Of a DNA stretch of 58,279 nt, positions 36,212-45,151 are shown in pieces. A program made the translations under genes and the position numbers. Source of the DNA: a virus. Its lineage: Duplodnaviria > Caudoviricetes. The stretch covers positions 1-58,279 of IMG/VR virus record IMGVR_UViG_3300025889_000139. One strand, 5' to 3'. Each line of letters begins with the position of its first letter. The stretch's first letter is position 1. The notes beneath the pieces were generated by a model. That model worked only from the letters and a program-made list of their open reading frames with translations, made no database searches and was not told where the DNA came from.

Positions 36212-38296
36212 TTAGTCAGGTTTTGATGCTACGTCAGCGGTGTTTGAACTTGTTTTTTTGGCTTCTTTTAATAACTCTTGTAGAGTTTCCAGAACTGCAT
36301 TACTATCTTCAATTTCCTTGTTTGTTCTATTGCGTTCGAAACCACGCTGTTTAGAGGCATCTGTTCTAAGATCAGCTATTTCTTTCTTTAGTTCCTCAAT
36401 GTTAGTTTTAAGATGTTGCTTTTCTTCGTCATCTATTTTTTTATCACTTGAGATCAAATCCCCAAACTTACCGTACCTCTCGGACGTGGAACCTCTGAAC
36501 GGATTAAGGCCCGAAGTCGTAGGATCGTATATTTGTCTTCCTATCGGATTACCAGAGGCATCGACCGCACCGAGTTCGTCCACCACTTTGGCGGTCCGCC
36601 TTGCGGAAGATGTGCTACTGCTATCTGGATTGTTCACACCATTCATTTTTTCCAAAATTGTACCAAGATTATTTAATTGTTCTGCCACAAACTCAATAGA
36701 TTTAGATGATATTTCAACCAAAGTTCCACCGACACCGAGGGTTTTTTGTCCCAGTTCTTGTAGTTGTTCAGCAGCATTTTGTAAAGATTGAGATGCTTTG
36801 TTGACCTGTTGTGTCGTTTTATCTAAACCTTTAGCAGCGCCTTCGATATCGGCACTTAGTTTCGTATTATCCAATGCAACCTGTTTTCTAACTGCATCAG
36901 ATGTAAAAGTATATGTGTCTTGTACAGTTTTAATGATACCTTCCTGGGCGGCACCAGGAATAGTAGCTAGTTGTGCAATCCACCTATTACCTTTTACGTC
37001 AGCCGCAAAACCTTCAGTAGCAGCTTTATAACTGGAAAACATAGCATCTGAGTATGCTTTTGGGTTTGCACCTTGCTTTATTTGTAGCGTTTGATCGGTT
37101 AACCATTTTACCAAAGAGGCGTTTGTTCTTGCAAACTGCAACGTATCGTCTGAAACCAATCTACCTCTGGACAACACTTCATCGATAACTTTTTGACCCA
37201 GTGGACCAAACTGTGCTGCTACTGTTGTCAACTGTTTAAAATTATCAGTTACACCGGTAATGTTCTGTTCGGCTAGTTCATCCAATGAAGCACGAACAGC
37301 CGCTGATCTCATAGCTTCCTGTTGTTTCTTTTGTATTGCATCTACTTCTTCGCCAGTGAAGGAACTTAGTAGTTTAAGGTTTTTAGCATACTGTTGTGCG
37401 CCGGTTCTCACTTCCTCTTGAGACATATACTGTAACTGCCCTGTTCGCTGAACCATTGCCAAATATTCCGCTTGTGTCTCCCTAGCTTCTTCAAATGAGT
37501 ACCCAAGACTTCTTAGTTCCAATTCACGTTCTTCTCTTAATTTTATACTGGCAGCTTGTTCGGCTTTTGTTGCACCAATCGATGATCTCATCCACGTATT
37601 AAATGTAGTAACACCATTGGACACTGAACCACCGAGAAGTACTAACTCAGCATTTGCTTTTTTCGTGAACGTCTGAAATTGTGTGAGTAGAAGTCCCGTT
37701 TCGTTAGCTTTTTCACCCATTTCAGTCAGGCCACCGGCAAATTGTACACCTTGGGCTTGTAATGTTCTCATTGTGTCTGTATATTTCTGCAACTGACCCA
37801 GTGCAAAACCACTGAAAGCGGCTCCAGCCGTAATTATAGCTGCTCCGGCTTTACCAGCAGCAGTTGATAACCCACCAATGAATGGAATGGCACTTGCTGC
37901 TTCGCCAGCAGCTTCGGCCATTTTACCAAGCTGATCAGCAACCATTTTGATTATTGGTTGGAAACTGGTGAAAGACTGTTTGGAATCCATTAGACCGCCA
38001 GCAACATCACCGCTGGCTTTAGCAAGGTTCTTTCCTGCATTTTTCGCACTAGTAGAAAATAAACTCATGTTATCGGCAGTATCTTCTAAAATATCGTCAA
38101 TATTTTCTAGTTCACCACCCGCTTGGCGTAGTTGCCTTCTGAAATTATCAATGTCTCTTCTTCCGCCGCCACCGCCGCCGGTTCCATTACCGCCAGATAT
38201 CAAAGAAAGAGCATCGACAATACTATTGGTGTTTCTTTCACTAGCAGTCATCAATGATGCAAGACTATTAACAATATCATCATTCGTTGCCGCCAT
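36212..38296 (-). CDS. Tape measure protein
   Basis: 694-aa A/G/Q-rich helical protein with a hydrophobic segment (IPFIGGL..AAGKAGAA); divergent from the gp26-like gene. Confidence 0.7.
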   Translation of the reverse strand: MAATNDDIVNSLASLMTASERNTNSIVDALSLISGGNGTGGGGGGRRDIDNFRRQLRQAGGELENIDDILEDTADNMSLFSTSAKNAGKNLAKASGDVAGGLMDSKQSFTSFQPIIKMVADQLGKMAEAAGEAASAIPFIGGLSTAAGKAGAAIITAGAAFSGFALGQLQKYTDTMRTLQAQGVQFAGGLTEMGEKANETGLLLTQFQTFTKKANAELVLLGGSVSNGVTTFNTWMRSSIGATKAEQAASIKLREERELELRSLGYSFEEARETQAEYLAMVQRTGQLQYMSQEEVRTGAQQYAKNLKLLSSFTGEEVDAIQKKQQEAMRSAAVRASLDELAEQNITGVTDNFKQLTTVAAQFGPLGQKVIDEVLSRGRLVSDDTLQFARTNASLVKWLTDQTLQIKQGANPKAYSDAMFSSYKAATEGFAADVKGNRWIAQLATIPGAAQEGIIKTVQDTYTFTSDAVRKQVALDNTKLSADIEGAAKGLDKTTQQVNKASQSLQNAAEQLQELGQKTLGVGGTLVEISSKSIEFVAEQLNNLGTILEKMNGVNNPDSSSTSSARRTAKVVDELGAVDASGNPIGRQIYDPTTSGLNPFRGSTSERYGKFGDLISSDKKIDDEEKQHLKTNIEELKKEIADLRTDASKQRGFERNRTNKEIEDSNAVLETLQELLKEAKKTSSNTADVASKPD

Positions 38297-38364
38297 AATT
38301 ATATACCGCCATTATTAATCAAATAAATATTCATACAGATATTTATCGTTATGGAGTTATCAAT

Positions 38365-39201
38365 ATGAATACAAATCCACTACAAAGTTACTTTCGTGTG
38401 CCGGCATTAGTTCTAGAACTTCCGAGTAAAGGAGAATGGTATCCTGAAGGAATGCTTGCAAGTGATAACGGCGAAGTAGAAGTTTTCCCAATGACGGCAA
38501 AAGATGATATTATTCTCCAAACCCCTGATGCTCTTTTAAATGGTTCTGCTACTAGAAAAATTATAGAAAGCTGCATACCTTCCATAAAGGATGCTAACTG
38601 GGTTCCATCTATTGACCTTGATTCTATTTTAATCGCTATCAGAATTGCTTCGTATGGCGAGACACTAACTATAACTTCTGAATGTCCGAATGAACAATGT
38701 AGAAACGTAGATGATTATAAAATAGACTTATCAAGTGTTCTAGATAGAATACAAGTTCCCGATCTAAATGTTCCCGCTGTATATAAAGATTTAAAAATAT
38801 TTTTTAAACCACAAAACTTTAAGACTATAAACTCTAAGAACTTAGAAGCATATGAGCAAAAAAGAGCTATAATGGTAGCAACAAATAAAGATGAAGATGA
38901 AGAGAATAGATTGTTTATCCTCAACGATATTGTAGCAAAAATTGCGGATTTGACATTAAATCAGATAACCGATAGTATATTATATATAGAAATGCCCGAT
39001 GGTAAAAAAATTGATAACGTTGTACATCTAAATGAGTTTATTGATAACTGTGATAGAATCACATACGAGGCAATAAAGAAAAAGATATTCGAAATGAATG
39101 CTAAAAATGAAAAGATATCCGATATGCATATCACTTGTGATAAGTGCGGAAATGAATATATTACTAAACTTTCATTGGAATTTTCTGATTTTTTCGGGTA
39201 A
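38365..39201 (+). CDS. Baseplate hub assembly protein (gp26-like) / tail assembly chaperone
   Basis: LELPSKG, FPMTAKDDI.L, DLDSILIAIRIASYGE, CPNEQC and CDKC; ends DFFG*. Confidence 0.75.
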   Translation: MNTNPLQSYFRVPALVLELPSKGEWYPEGMLASDNGEVEVFPMTAKDDIILQTPDALLNGSATRKIIESCIPSIKDANWVPSIDLDSILIAIRIASYGETLTITSECPNEQCRNVDDYKIDLSSVLDRIQVPDLNVPAVYKDLKIFFKPQNFKTINSKNLEAYEQKRAIMVATNKDEDEENRLFILNDIVAKIADLTLNQITDSILYIEMPDGKKIDNVVHLNEFIDNCDRITYEAIKKKIFEMNAKNEKISDMHITCDKCGNEYITKLSLEFSDFFG

Positions 39202-39236
39202 GGCTTTTACAGCTAGATAACCAGAGCATTGTAAAA

Positions 39237-39425
39237 ATGCTGAAAGATATGGAAAAGTCTGTAAAAGCCATCAAGAAAAACTTACTTGTTATATGCTGGA
39301 ATATGAGAGGAAGTATTAGCTACAGTGAAGCAATGCATTTGAGTAGTGAAGAAATGGAAATCATTTCATCTATCATAAGCGATAATATGGAAGTAACGAA
39401 TAAGTCAGGACTTCCTTATTTCTAG
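39237..39425 (+). CDS. gp51-like small protein; probable -1 frameshift extension of the upstream ORF
   Basis: CWNMRGSISYSEAMHLS.EE; no RBS; the -1 frame is open back to the slippery T TTT TTC at 39189. Confidence 0.65.
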   Translation: MLKDMEKSVKAIKKNLLVICWNMRGSISYSEAMHLSSEEMEIISSIISDNMEVTNKSGLPYF

Positions 39426-39956
39426 TTATGGATTTGCAGCATCCCACGCCGCTTGTACTGCCGCCTGATCAGTTGCTGGAACAAAACCGGCGCCGGTAAT
39501 TCTTAACCACTGTGAACCATTCCATTTATGACCGACACCCAAATAATCGATCCTACTATTAGGAGCAGGCCCAGCAGGCGGTGTATCTGTCATTTTCTTA
39601 CTAAATTTATCTTTTGCTCTATTAATAACTAGTTGTGTTAGATATTCTTTGATATCATCACCGCTATTGTATGGTGGAGTCGTTTTGGATAAATCGTTTT
39701 CATTGAAAACTTTACCTACAAACATTTTTAACAGTTTATCGATTGCATCTTGTTTAACTACTGGGTCGTTATCTTCAAGTTCTGGGTTATCCGGAGTATA
39801 TTTACCTATAGTCGATATCCAAAGATCATGGACTTTTTTTGCGGAAACTTTAGCAACATGCATTAGTTTCTTTTTATCCAGCTTTTCTTTGGTCTTACTC
39901 AATCCCTTTCTAATAGAATCGATTGGACCTTCAGTAATAATTTCATGTGTTTTCAT
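39426..39956 (-). CDS. Putative internal head protein
   Basis: Start MKTHEIITE-G, 8 nt after the GATAAATA promoter. Confidence 0.6.
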   Translation of the reverse strand: MKTHEIITEGPIDSIRKGLSKTKEKLDKKKLMHVAKVSAKKVHDLWISTIGKYTPDNPELEDNDPVVKQDAIDKLLKMFVGKVFNENDLSKTTPPYNSGDDIKEYLTQLVINRAKDKFSKKMTDTPPAGPAPNSRIDYLGVGHKWNGSQWLRITGAGFVPATDQAAVQAAWDAANP

Positions 39957-39974
39957 AGTACAGTTATTTATCAG

Positions 39975-40490
39975 TAATCGATGAACTACGTTCATCGGTG
40001 TAACTCATAACTTCGTTTCGCTTCGCTGCACTCAGTTATTCATTCCACATTTCATTCCATAGTTATTGGGGCTTAAAATTTTAGAACTGAATAGTTCTTA
40101 TTTCCACTATTTCTGTAGATTTTGGGCATACTTCTCCTATCCGCAGGAGAAGTAAAAAAAGCCGTACTCTTTCTGTGAGTTTCTACAGCATTTACCTAAA
40201 GGGGATTTCCTAAGAACGAAGGCGATTAGCCGTTACCTCCTACCCCAGCTTCCTCTAATGGACCCTCACATCCCGTAGATAACCAAGATGAGTTTTGGGC
40301 TGCGGTTGTACCTTTTTCACAGTGCCGCAATCATTTGAGCCGTAAGTGTCTCTGCCTCCCACGCATGGACGCATAATGCGAGCCGTCCTGACGCATAATT
40401 AAAACATATTGTGTGGGTATTTTGTGCCTATTGTGCCTAAATGGGATGTCCCGGAGGTATGCCTGATTGTGCCTAAGTTTTATGCCTTAC
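39975..40490 (-). ncRNA. Candidate large structured non-coding RNA (or replication origin)
   Basis: ~500 nt with no ORF of 60 aa or more, many hairpins, and an upstream TTGACT-N18-TATAAT promoter. Confidence 0.55.
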
Positions 40491-40497
40491 AGATACT

Positions 40498-40527
40498 ATT
40501 ATATATGCTTTATAAATCAAGAGTCAA
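40498..40527 (-). promoter_or_regulatory. Sigma70-type promoter reading into the non-coding locus
   Basis: TTGACT (40527-40522) -N18- TATAAT (40503-40498). Confidence 0.55.
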
Positions 40528-40547
40528 TTTTTTTTATAAATAAAAAC

Positions 40548-41276
40548 ATGACAGACGAAATCAGAGAATTAAATGGTATAAAATACCTGACACCGAATCG
40601 CAGATGTGTGAAACGTGTAGAAAGAATACACATAAAAGATGAATTGGGGATGCGATGGCTGCATACACAATCCGAAGGAGATATCTTATTAGATGTCGGT
40701 GGGAATGTCGGTATGTATGCTCTGCCAGCCGCTTTCAAACATAAGTTACGAGTTTACGCATTTGAACCCGAACATAGGAATTACTCTTTATTATGTAGAA
40801 ACATCATCTTGAACGGGTTACAAGATCAAATAACCGCTTATTGTCTGGCTGTAAGTGATAAGATGGATTTTAATGAGCTATATATAAATGGCATTGAAGA
40901 CGGTACATCATGTCATTCATTTGGAGAAGAACTTGATTATAACCTAAATCCAACTAAATCTGCCGCCAAACAAGGATGTATGTCCATTACTATTGACCAG
41001 TTTATGGAAAACCGAAGTGTTGAGAAGGATATTCATTTAAAAATTGATGTAGATGGCTTTGACTATAAGGTTATTCTTGGTGCTGAAAAAACTCTACAAA
41101 ATCCAAAAACCAAGTCTGTTATTATGGAAATAAATACGAACCTAGAAAAGCATAGAAACGTATTCGGAATAATGGAAAATCATGGTTTTGAAATGGTTGA
41201 ATCGTGTGTGCGTTCAGAAGGAAATTTTGTCGGTGTAGGTAATCACGTATTCATACGTTCACATATCAGACCTTAA
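40548..41276 (+). CDS. FkbM-family SAM-dependent methyltransferase
   Basis: LLDVGGNVGMY, VYAFEP, LKIDVDG; start MTDE after TATAAATA. Confidence 0.9.
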   Translation: MTDEIRELNGIKYLTPNRRCVKRVERIHIKDELGMRWLHTQSEGDILLDVGGNVGMYALPAAFKHKLRVYAFEPEHRNYSLLCRNIILNGLQDQITAYCLAVSDKMDFNELYINGIEDGTSCHSFGEELDYNLNPTKSAAKQGCMSITIDQFMENRSVEKDIHLKIDVDGFDYKVILGAEKTLQNPKTKSVIMEINTNLEKHRNVFGIMENHGFEMVESCVRSEGNFVGVGNHVFIRSHIRP

Positions 41277-41840
41277 AGATATCACTAATGTACGTCTTGT
41301 CTTGATGCCGTCTGATTTATAACTATGCCACGCATTTTCATTTCTACTAAAACTAAAAGCACGATTTTTTAACCAATCTACTTGTCTGGCGTTTTCACCA
41401 TCCTCACTATCGTATAACCAAGTACCTTCATTATAGTCAGAAATGTATATCACCGTTGTTAGTAGTTTATCGGGTTTGTCTGAGTGAATACGAAATACAT
41501 AATCTTTTCCAACGTTAACGATATTGAACGTAGTATGGGTATGATGTTCAACCTTCTCTGGGGCCAAACGTTGTAAAACTTCCTTTAACTTCGGTTCATA
41601 TAAATTCCGCATATTGATAACGGTTTCATCGGATAAGTTATGATACCCTGGATTATATGATTTAACATGCTTGAACTGGGTATTTCTTCGTAAAAAATTA
41701 GATACTACATTTGATTCCAAATCTATGGTATGATTGTACACATCCCAATCTAATGGTCCTGTGTCGAAATCCATGTTTTCCGCAAGAGACAAATGTTCAG
41801 CGGATAAAAAATCGTCTATAATCTCATAGGGGGGCCACAT
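41259..41840 (-). CDS. 2OG-Fe(II) oxygenase
   Basis: IIDDFLS, HSD..KLLTTVIY, WHSY, RRTL (HxD..H..R). Confidence 0.85.
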   Translation of the reverse strand: MWPPYEIIDDFLSAEHLSLAENMDFDTGPLDWDVYNHTIDLESNVVSNFLRRNTQFKHVKSYNPGYHNLSDETVINMRNLYEPKLKEVLQRLAPEKVEHHTHTTFNIVNVGKDYVFRIHSDKPDKLLTTVIYISDYNEGTWLYDSEDGENARQVDWLKNRAFSFSRNENAWHSYKSDGIKTRRTLVISLRSDM

Positions 41841-42285
41841 TTTTTCTCTTAAACTCCGTTTCTTTTAGTGTTTCTTTTGGAGGTCTAAATTTTACAGCGG
41901 CAATATTTCCGTTGTAGTATTTCCGTTCTCCGTTCTCTAATTCTTCAAGAAGAACATTTTCTTCAACTTGAATCTTTACTTCTGCATAGTATAAGCTACC
42001 TTTTGTCTCGTGTAGAGACTCGATATGGAACTCATAGTTCTCTTTGCCATGCTGTTCGATGGCAGCGTTAAGATGTGTGGAAGAGCCGGTATAGGTTTTC
42101 CAATCCGACTCTTTCCTCACAACTTTACGATTCTTTCTTGATTTGAGCTTGACCCTTCTAGTAGACTGAAACTGTTTCTTTCCAATATACTGTCTACCAG
42201 TATGCTTTTCGGTTATACGATAGATAAAACCGAACCATTCAGAAGGATCAAACTCATGGGGAAATTCCCAATGTCCTGTATCCAT
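41824..42285 (-). CDS. GIY-YIG nuclease (T4 endonuclease II/DenA-like)
   Basis: GFIYRIT..RQYIGKKQF, ESDWKTYTGSS, YYNGNI. Confidence 0.8.
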   Translation of the reverse strand: MDTGHWEFPHEFDPSEWFGFIYRITEKHTGRQYIGKKQFQSTRRVKLKSRKNRKVVRKESDWKTYTGSSTHLNAAIEQHGKENYEFHIESLHETKGSLYYAEVKIQVEENVLLEELENGERKYYNGNIAAVKFRPPKETLKETEFKRKNVAPL

Positions 42286-42293
42286 ACAGGTAT

Positions 42294-42470
42294 TTACATA
42301 GAGTTTTTCTTTTCTTGAATTTCCGCACGACGAGTTTTGGCTAGTTTACCTAGTTCACCTAGTGCTTTACGGGCACGTGCTGCCGCAGCCTTCACACTCT
42401 TAGTTTCAAAAGCTTCGCTTTCTTTAAGATAAGCTTCGTATTGTTCTACAATTTGTTCATGTGTAGTCAT
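42294..42470 (-). CDS. Small Hc1-like (histone H1-like) basic protein
   Basis: Below the ORF-track cutoff; MTTHEQIVEQYEAYLKESEAFETKSVKAAAARARKALGELGKLAKTRRAEIQEKKNSM; GGAG RBS. Confidence 0.75.
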   Translation of the reverse strand: MTTHEQIVEQYEAYLKESEAFETKSVKAAAARARKALGELGKLAKTRRAEIQEKKNSM

Positions 42471-43777
42471 TGTAATCTCCTTGATATTTCTTTTATAATA
42501 TTTAATTCTTCACGGACTCTTGGTTGAGCATATCCACATTCGTATGTTTTTGTGTGTAGCTCAAGTCTTCTTCTTATTCGTTCCTTTAAATCTAACTTGT
42601 TATATATCCAATCATACGAGTCAAGTTTAGTATATTGTAGCATACTATGTATAGGTGTGTCCATATTTATATGCATCGTTGTTCCCCAACGCATTAATTC
42701 AATAACCGATTGTGCGTAATCTTTATATCGTTCTAATCCACCTAAGTTTTGCTGATGATCGTAAAGTGTTTCTGTCGGGTAACCTGTAATCATAAGCCAG
42801 ATGTTCTTGATACCGTAAAATCCAGATTGTTGAATATGATAATCTATATCGGCATTACTAAACTTTTTACGCATGTGATTTCTTACGTCTTCGCTAAAAC
42901 TTTCTATACCAATAGTTAGTTGGTCACATCCAGCATAATACATTGCTTCGTAATGGTGTGATGGCATTTGGTTACGAGGACGACAAATAGCCTGTCCTGC
43001 ATATTTGACGTTAAGGTTACTTTCTGATATAGCAACATTCATATTGTAGAAGTTGCTAACGGACCCGTTAATGAGACTATCTGTAAAGTCGAAGTATGAT
43101 ATACCTATTGTATTAATATGATGTTTCATTTCTTCTACAATATTCTTACCAGACCTATACCTAAACTGCGGCCAAATATTCTGAATATCGCAAAAAGTAC
43201 AACGGCGAACACATCCACGTGAACCCGTCATATAAACTTTATCTGAGGTATACTTGGATAAATCAAAACCCTCATACGATGGGAAAGGGAAGTCATCTAG
43301 ATTTTCACCATATTCTTTCCCAACTAGAAGTTTCCGCATAAAATTTTCAGCATCACCATAACAAACGTGATTTGCATATTCGCCGATCCAATCTTTAGCG
43401 TTATTACATCCATTTCCACCAGCGATAACTGGAATAGGTGATTTTATGGATAATAAAGTCTTAGCTGGATTTAAACTCCAATAACTAAAAATGCTCACAC
43501 AAAGGTAGTCGTAGTCAGTTGCTACATTGTACACATTATCGCACCATAAAGATATAAGCTTATTCTCGATGTCTTTGGGTAAATCATTGATGATATTCAT
43601 ACACCAATCGTTGAGTTTTGCATATTCATCGTCGGTCATATTAGTCTTGCATATATGAACAAAGTCAACAATAGTTGTATCGCAACCACAATCCTTTGCG
43701 ATTCCGTTTAAAATACCTAATGCTGCTGACGGTGCTACAAGGTCAAGCCTTGGCAGATTTACCAAAAGTAGTTTCAT
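42467..43777 (-). CDS. B12-binding radical SAM enzyme (class B methyltransferase-like)
   Basis: N-terminal Rossmann/cobalamin-like region (PSAALG..VIAGG..GDAE), GSRGCVRRCTFC, IGIES, ITGYPTET. Confidence 0.88.
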   Translation of the reverse strand: MKLLLVNLPRLDLVAPSAALGILNGIAKDCGCDTTIVDFVHICKTNMTDDEYAKLNDWCMNIINDLPKDIENKLISLWCDNVYNVATDYDYLCVSIFSYWSLNPAKTLLSIKSPIPVIAGGNGCNNAKDWIGEYANHVCYGDAENFMRKLLVGKEYGENLDDFPFPSYEGFDLSKYTSDKVYMTGSRGCVRRCTFCDIQNIWPQFRYRSGKNIVEEMKHHINTIGISYFDFTDSLINGSVSNFYNMNVAISESNLNVKYAGQAICRPRNQMPSHHYEAMYYAGCDQLTIGIESFSEDVRNHMRKKFSNADIDYHIQQSGFYGIKNIWLMITGYPTETLYDHQQNLGGLERYKDYAQSVIELMRWGTTMHINMDTPIHSMLQYTKLDSYDWIYNKLDLKERIRRRLELHTKTYECGYAQPRVREELNIIKEISRRLQ

Positions 43778-44162
43778 TTAGTTCGTTTACTAATTCCTTG
43801 TGTTCTAGTCTTCCAATGTAAAAGTCATATTCATCGCCTGATGTATCTGTCAACCCGAAATGTTCCATCTTGGATTGCTCTACCATTGACTTATATAATT
43901 CCCAAAACTTTTCATGATAGTAGTCCATACTTATCATATGATCAAACTGTTGTATGTCAGCAAGGTAATAGTCAAGCATAATATGATCCATTCTAACCAC
44001 TGGTTTTATTTTCCAAGGTTCAAAAAATACACGAATTCTGCATGTCCTATCAAGTTTGATATAATAACAGTCCTTCATCTTTTTAGGCTTGACAACAACA
44101 TCGTCAATTTCAAACCTAATCATATTGAACTGTCCTTGCACACTAAACAAACTCATCACCAT
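43743..44162 (-). CDS. Hypothetical protein
   Basis: ORF overlapping both radical SAM neighbours; start uncertain. Confidence 0.6.
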   Translation of the reverse strand: MVMSLFSVQGQFNMIRFEIDDVVVKPKKMKDCYYIKLDRTCRIRVFFEPWKIKPVVRMDHIMLDYYLADIQQFDHMISMDYYHEKFWELYKSMVEQSKMEHFGLTDTSGDEYDFYIGRLEHKELVNELNETTFGKSAKA

Positions 44163-45151
44163 TCACTTGCTGTTTCAAGTGTTACTTCACTAGACTTACA
44201 TTTAGTCTGGCATTCATACCACTTGAAAGTTTTGAACTCATTATCCCAGAAGTCATCTTGTAGAATATCTGGTAATGATCTTTCATAAAGACTGAACTTA
44301 CCTTGCCAATCATCATTATGTGCGTAACGATTTGCAACCCAACAACAAGGATAAAATTCACCACGACTGTTTATAAACAATCCCTTTGATCCTATTCTAC
44401 ATAATGGTTTAACGCCATTCTCGACCGGGGTGTTCATATAATATTTTGTCGTGTCCCTTTTGCCGTAATCATCCCGATTGGTAAAATAAGTGACTTGGCG
44501 TTGAAATCTGTTTGTTGTGCTTACTAACTTGGAGCTTGGCTCAAGTGGGTCATTCTCTCCGTATCTTGGATAGAAGCTACCGAACTTTGTGCTGAGTGTA
44601 AGCTGAAACTTATCGAAGCCTTTGTTCTTTGCCATTTCTTTCATAATATGGATCATATTCTCGTTAAACTTGAAAGCTATGGCGTCCCACACAACATAGG
44701 CTTTGGATTTTATCATAGCATCAATGCCAACGCAGATGGATTCCCAATCTGATCCGACACGGTATTGTTCATTACTTTTCTGATCCCATCCATCAAGGCT
44801 AAAGTGGATAACATCTTGTTCGCCCATAAGCATACCAAGCTTGCGCCACCACATAGCATCCTTGTAACTACCATTGGTGACAATAACTATCTGTATATCT
44901 TTGTTCATAGTCTTTAAGTGCTTTATGATTTGTATAAGATCAGTCGTATAAATTGGATCACCATCGTCGCCGCAGAATGTAATCTTCTTGACCTCTTGCA
45001 TTACTTCCTTTGTGAAGTTTCGCTGAAAGAAGTCAAGACGCAACTGAGTATTCAGAAGCGTCTCTGGGACTTCCGTTCTGGCACAACGCAAACACTTTAG
45101 TGTGCATCGCGAGCTTGATTCAATATGATAATGCCATCTTGCTAAACTCAC
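44156..45151 (-). CDS. Radical SAM enzyme with SPASM/Twitch domain
   Basis: CTLKCLRC, FCGDDGDP, VTNGS, FSLDG, GEFYPCCW..CQTKC. Confidence 0.9.
   Translation of the reverse strand: MSLARWHYHIESSSRCTLKCLRCARTEVPETLLNTQLRLDFFQRNFTKEVMQEVKKITFCGDDGDPIYTTDLIQIIKHLKTMNKDIQIVIVTNGSYKDAMWWRKLGMLMGEQDVIHFSLDGWDQKSNEQYRVGSDWESICVGIDAMIKSKAYVVWDAIAFKFNENMIHIMKEMAKNKGFDKFQLTLSTKFGSFYPRYGENDPLEPSSKLVSTTNRFQRQVTYFTNRDDYGKRDTTKYYMNTPVENGVKPLCRIGSKGLFINSRGEFYPCCWVANRYAHNDDWQGKFSLYERSLPDILQDDFWDNEFKTFKWYECQTKCKSSEVTLETASEW

Noticed and set aside
40129-40160. 10-bp hairpin with an A-run as an intrinsic terminator
   Set aside because: The T-run precedes the stem on the minus strand and As follow it on the plus strand, so the orientation is wrong for either
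40160-40260. GAGGAAG..ACAGAA..CGGCTT on the minus strand resembles RNase P RNA P4
   Set aside because: The halves are too close and not complementary as P4 requires
40337-40372. GAGCCGTAAGTG..CACGCATGG resembles group II intron domain V
   Set aside because: The basal GAGCC/GGTTC pairing and GNRA loop are missing, no gene is interrupted, and it is opposite to the promoter strand
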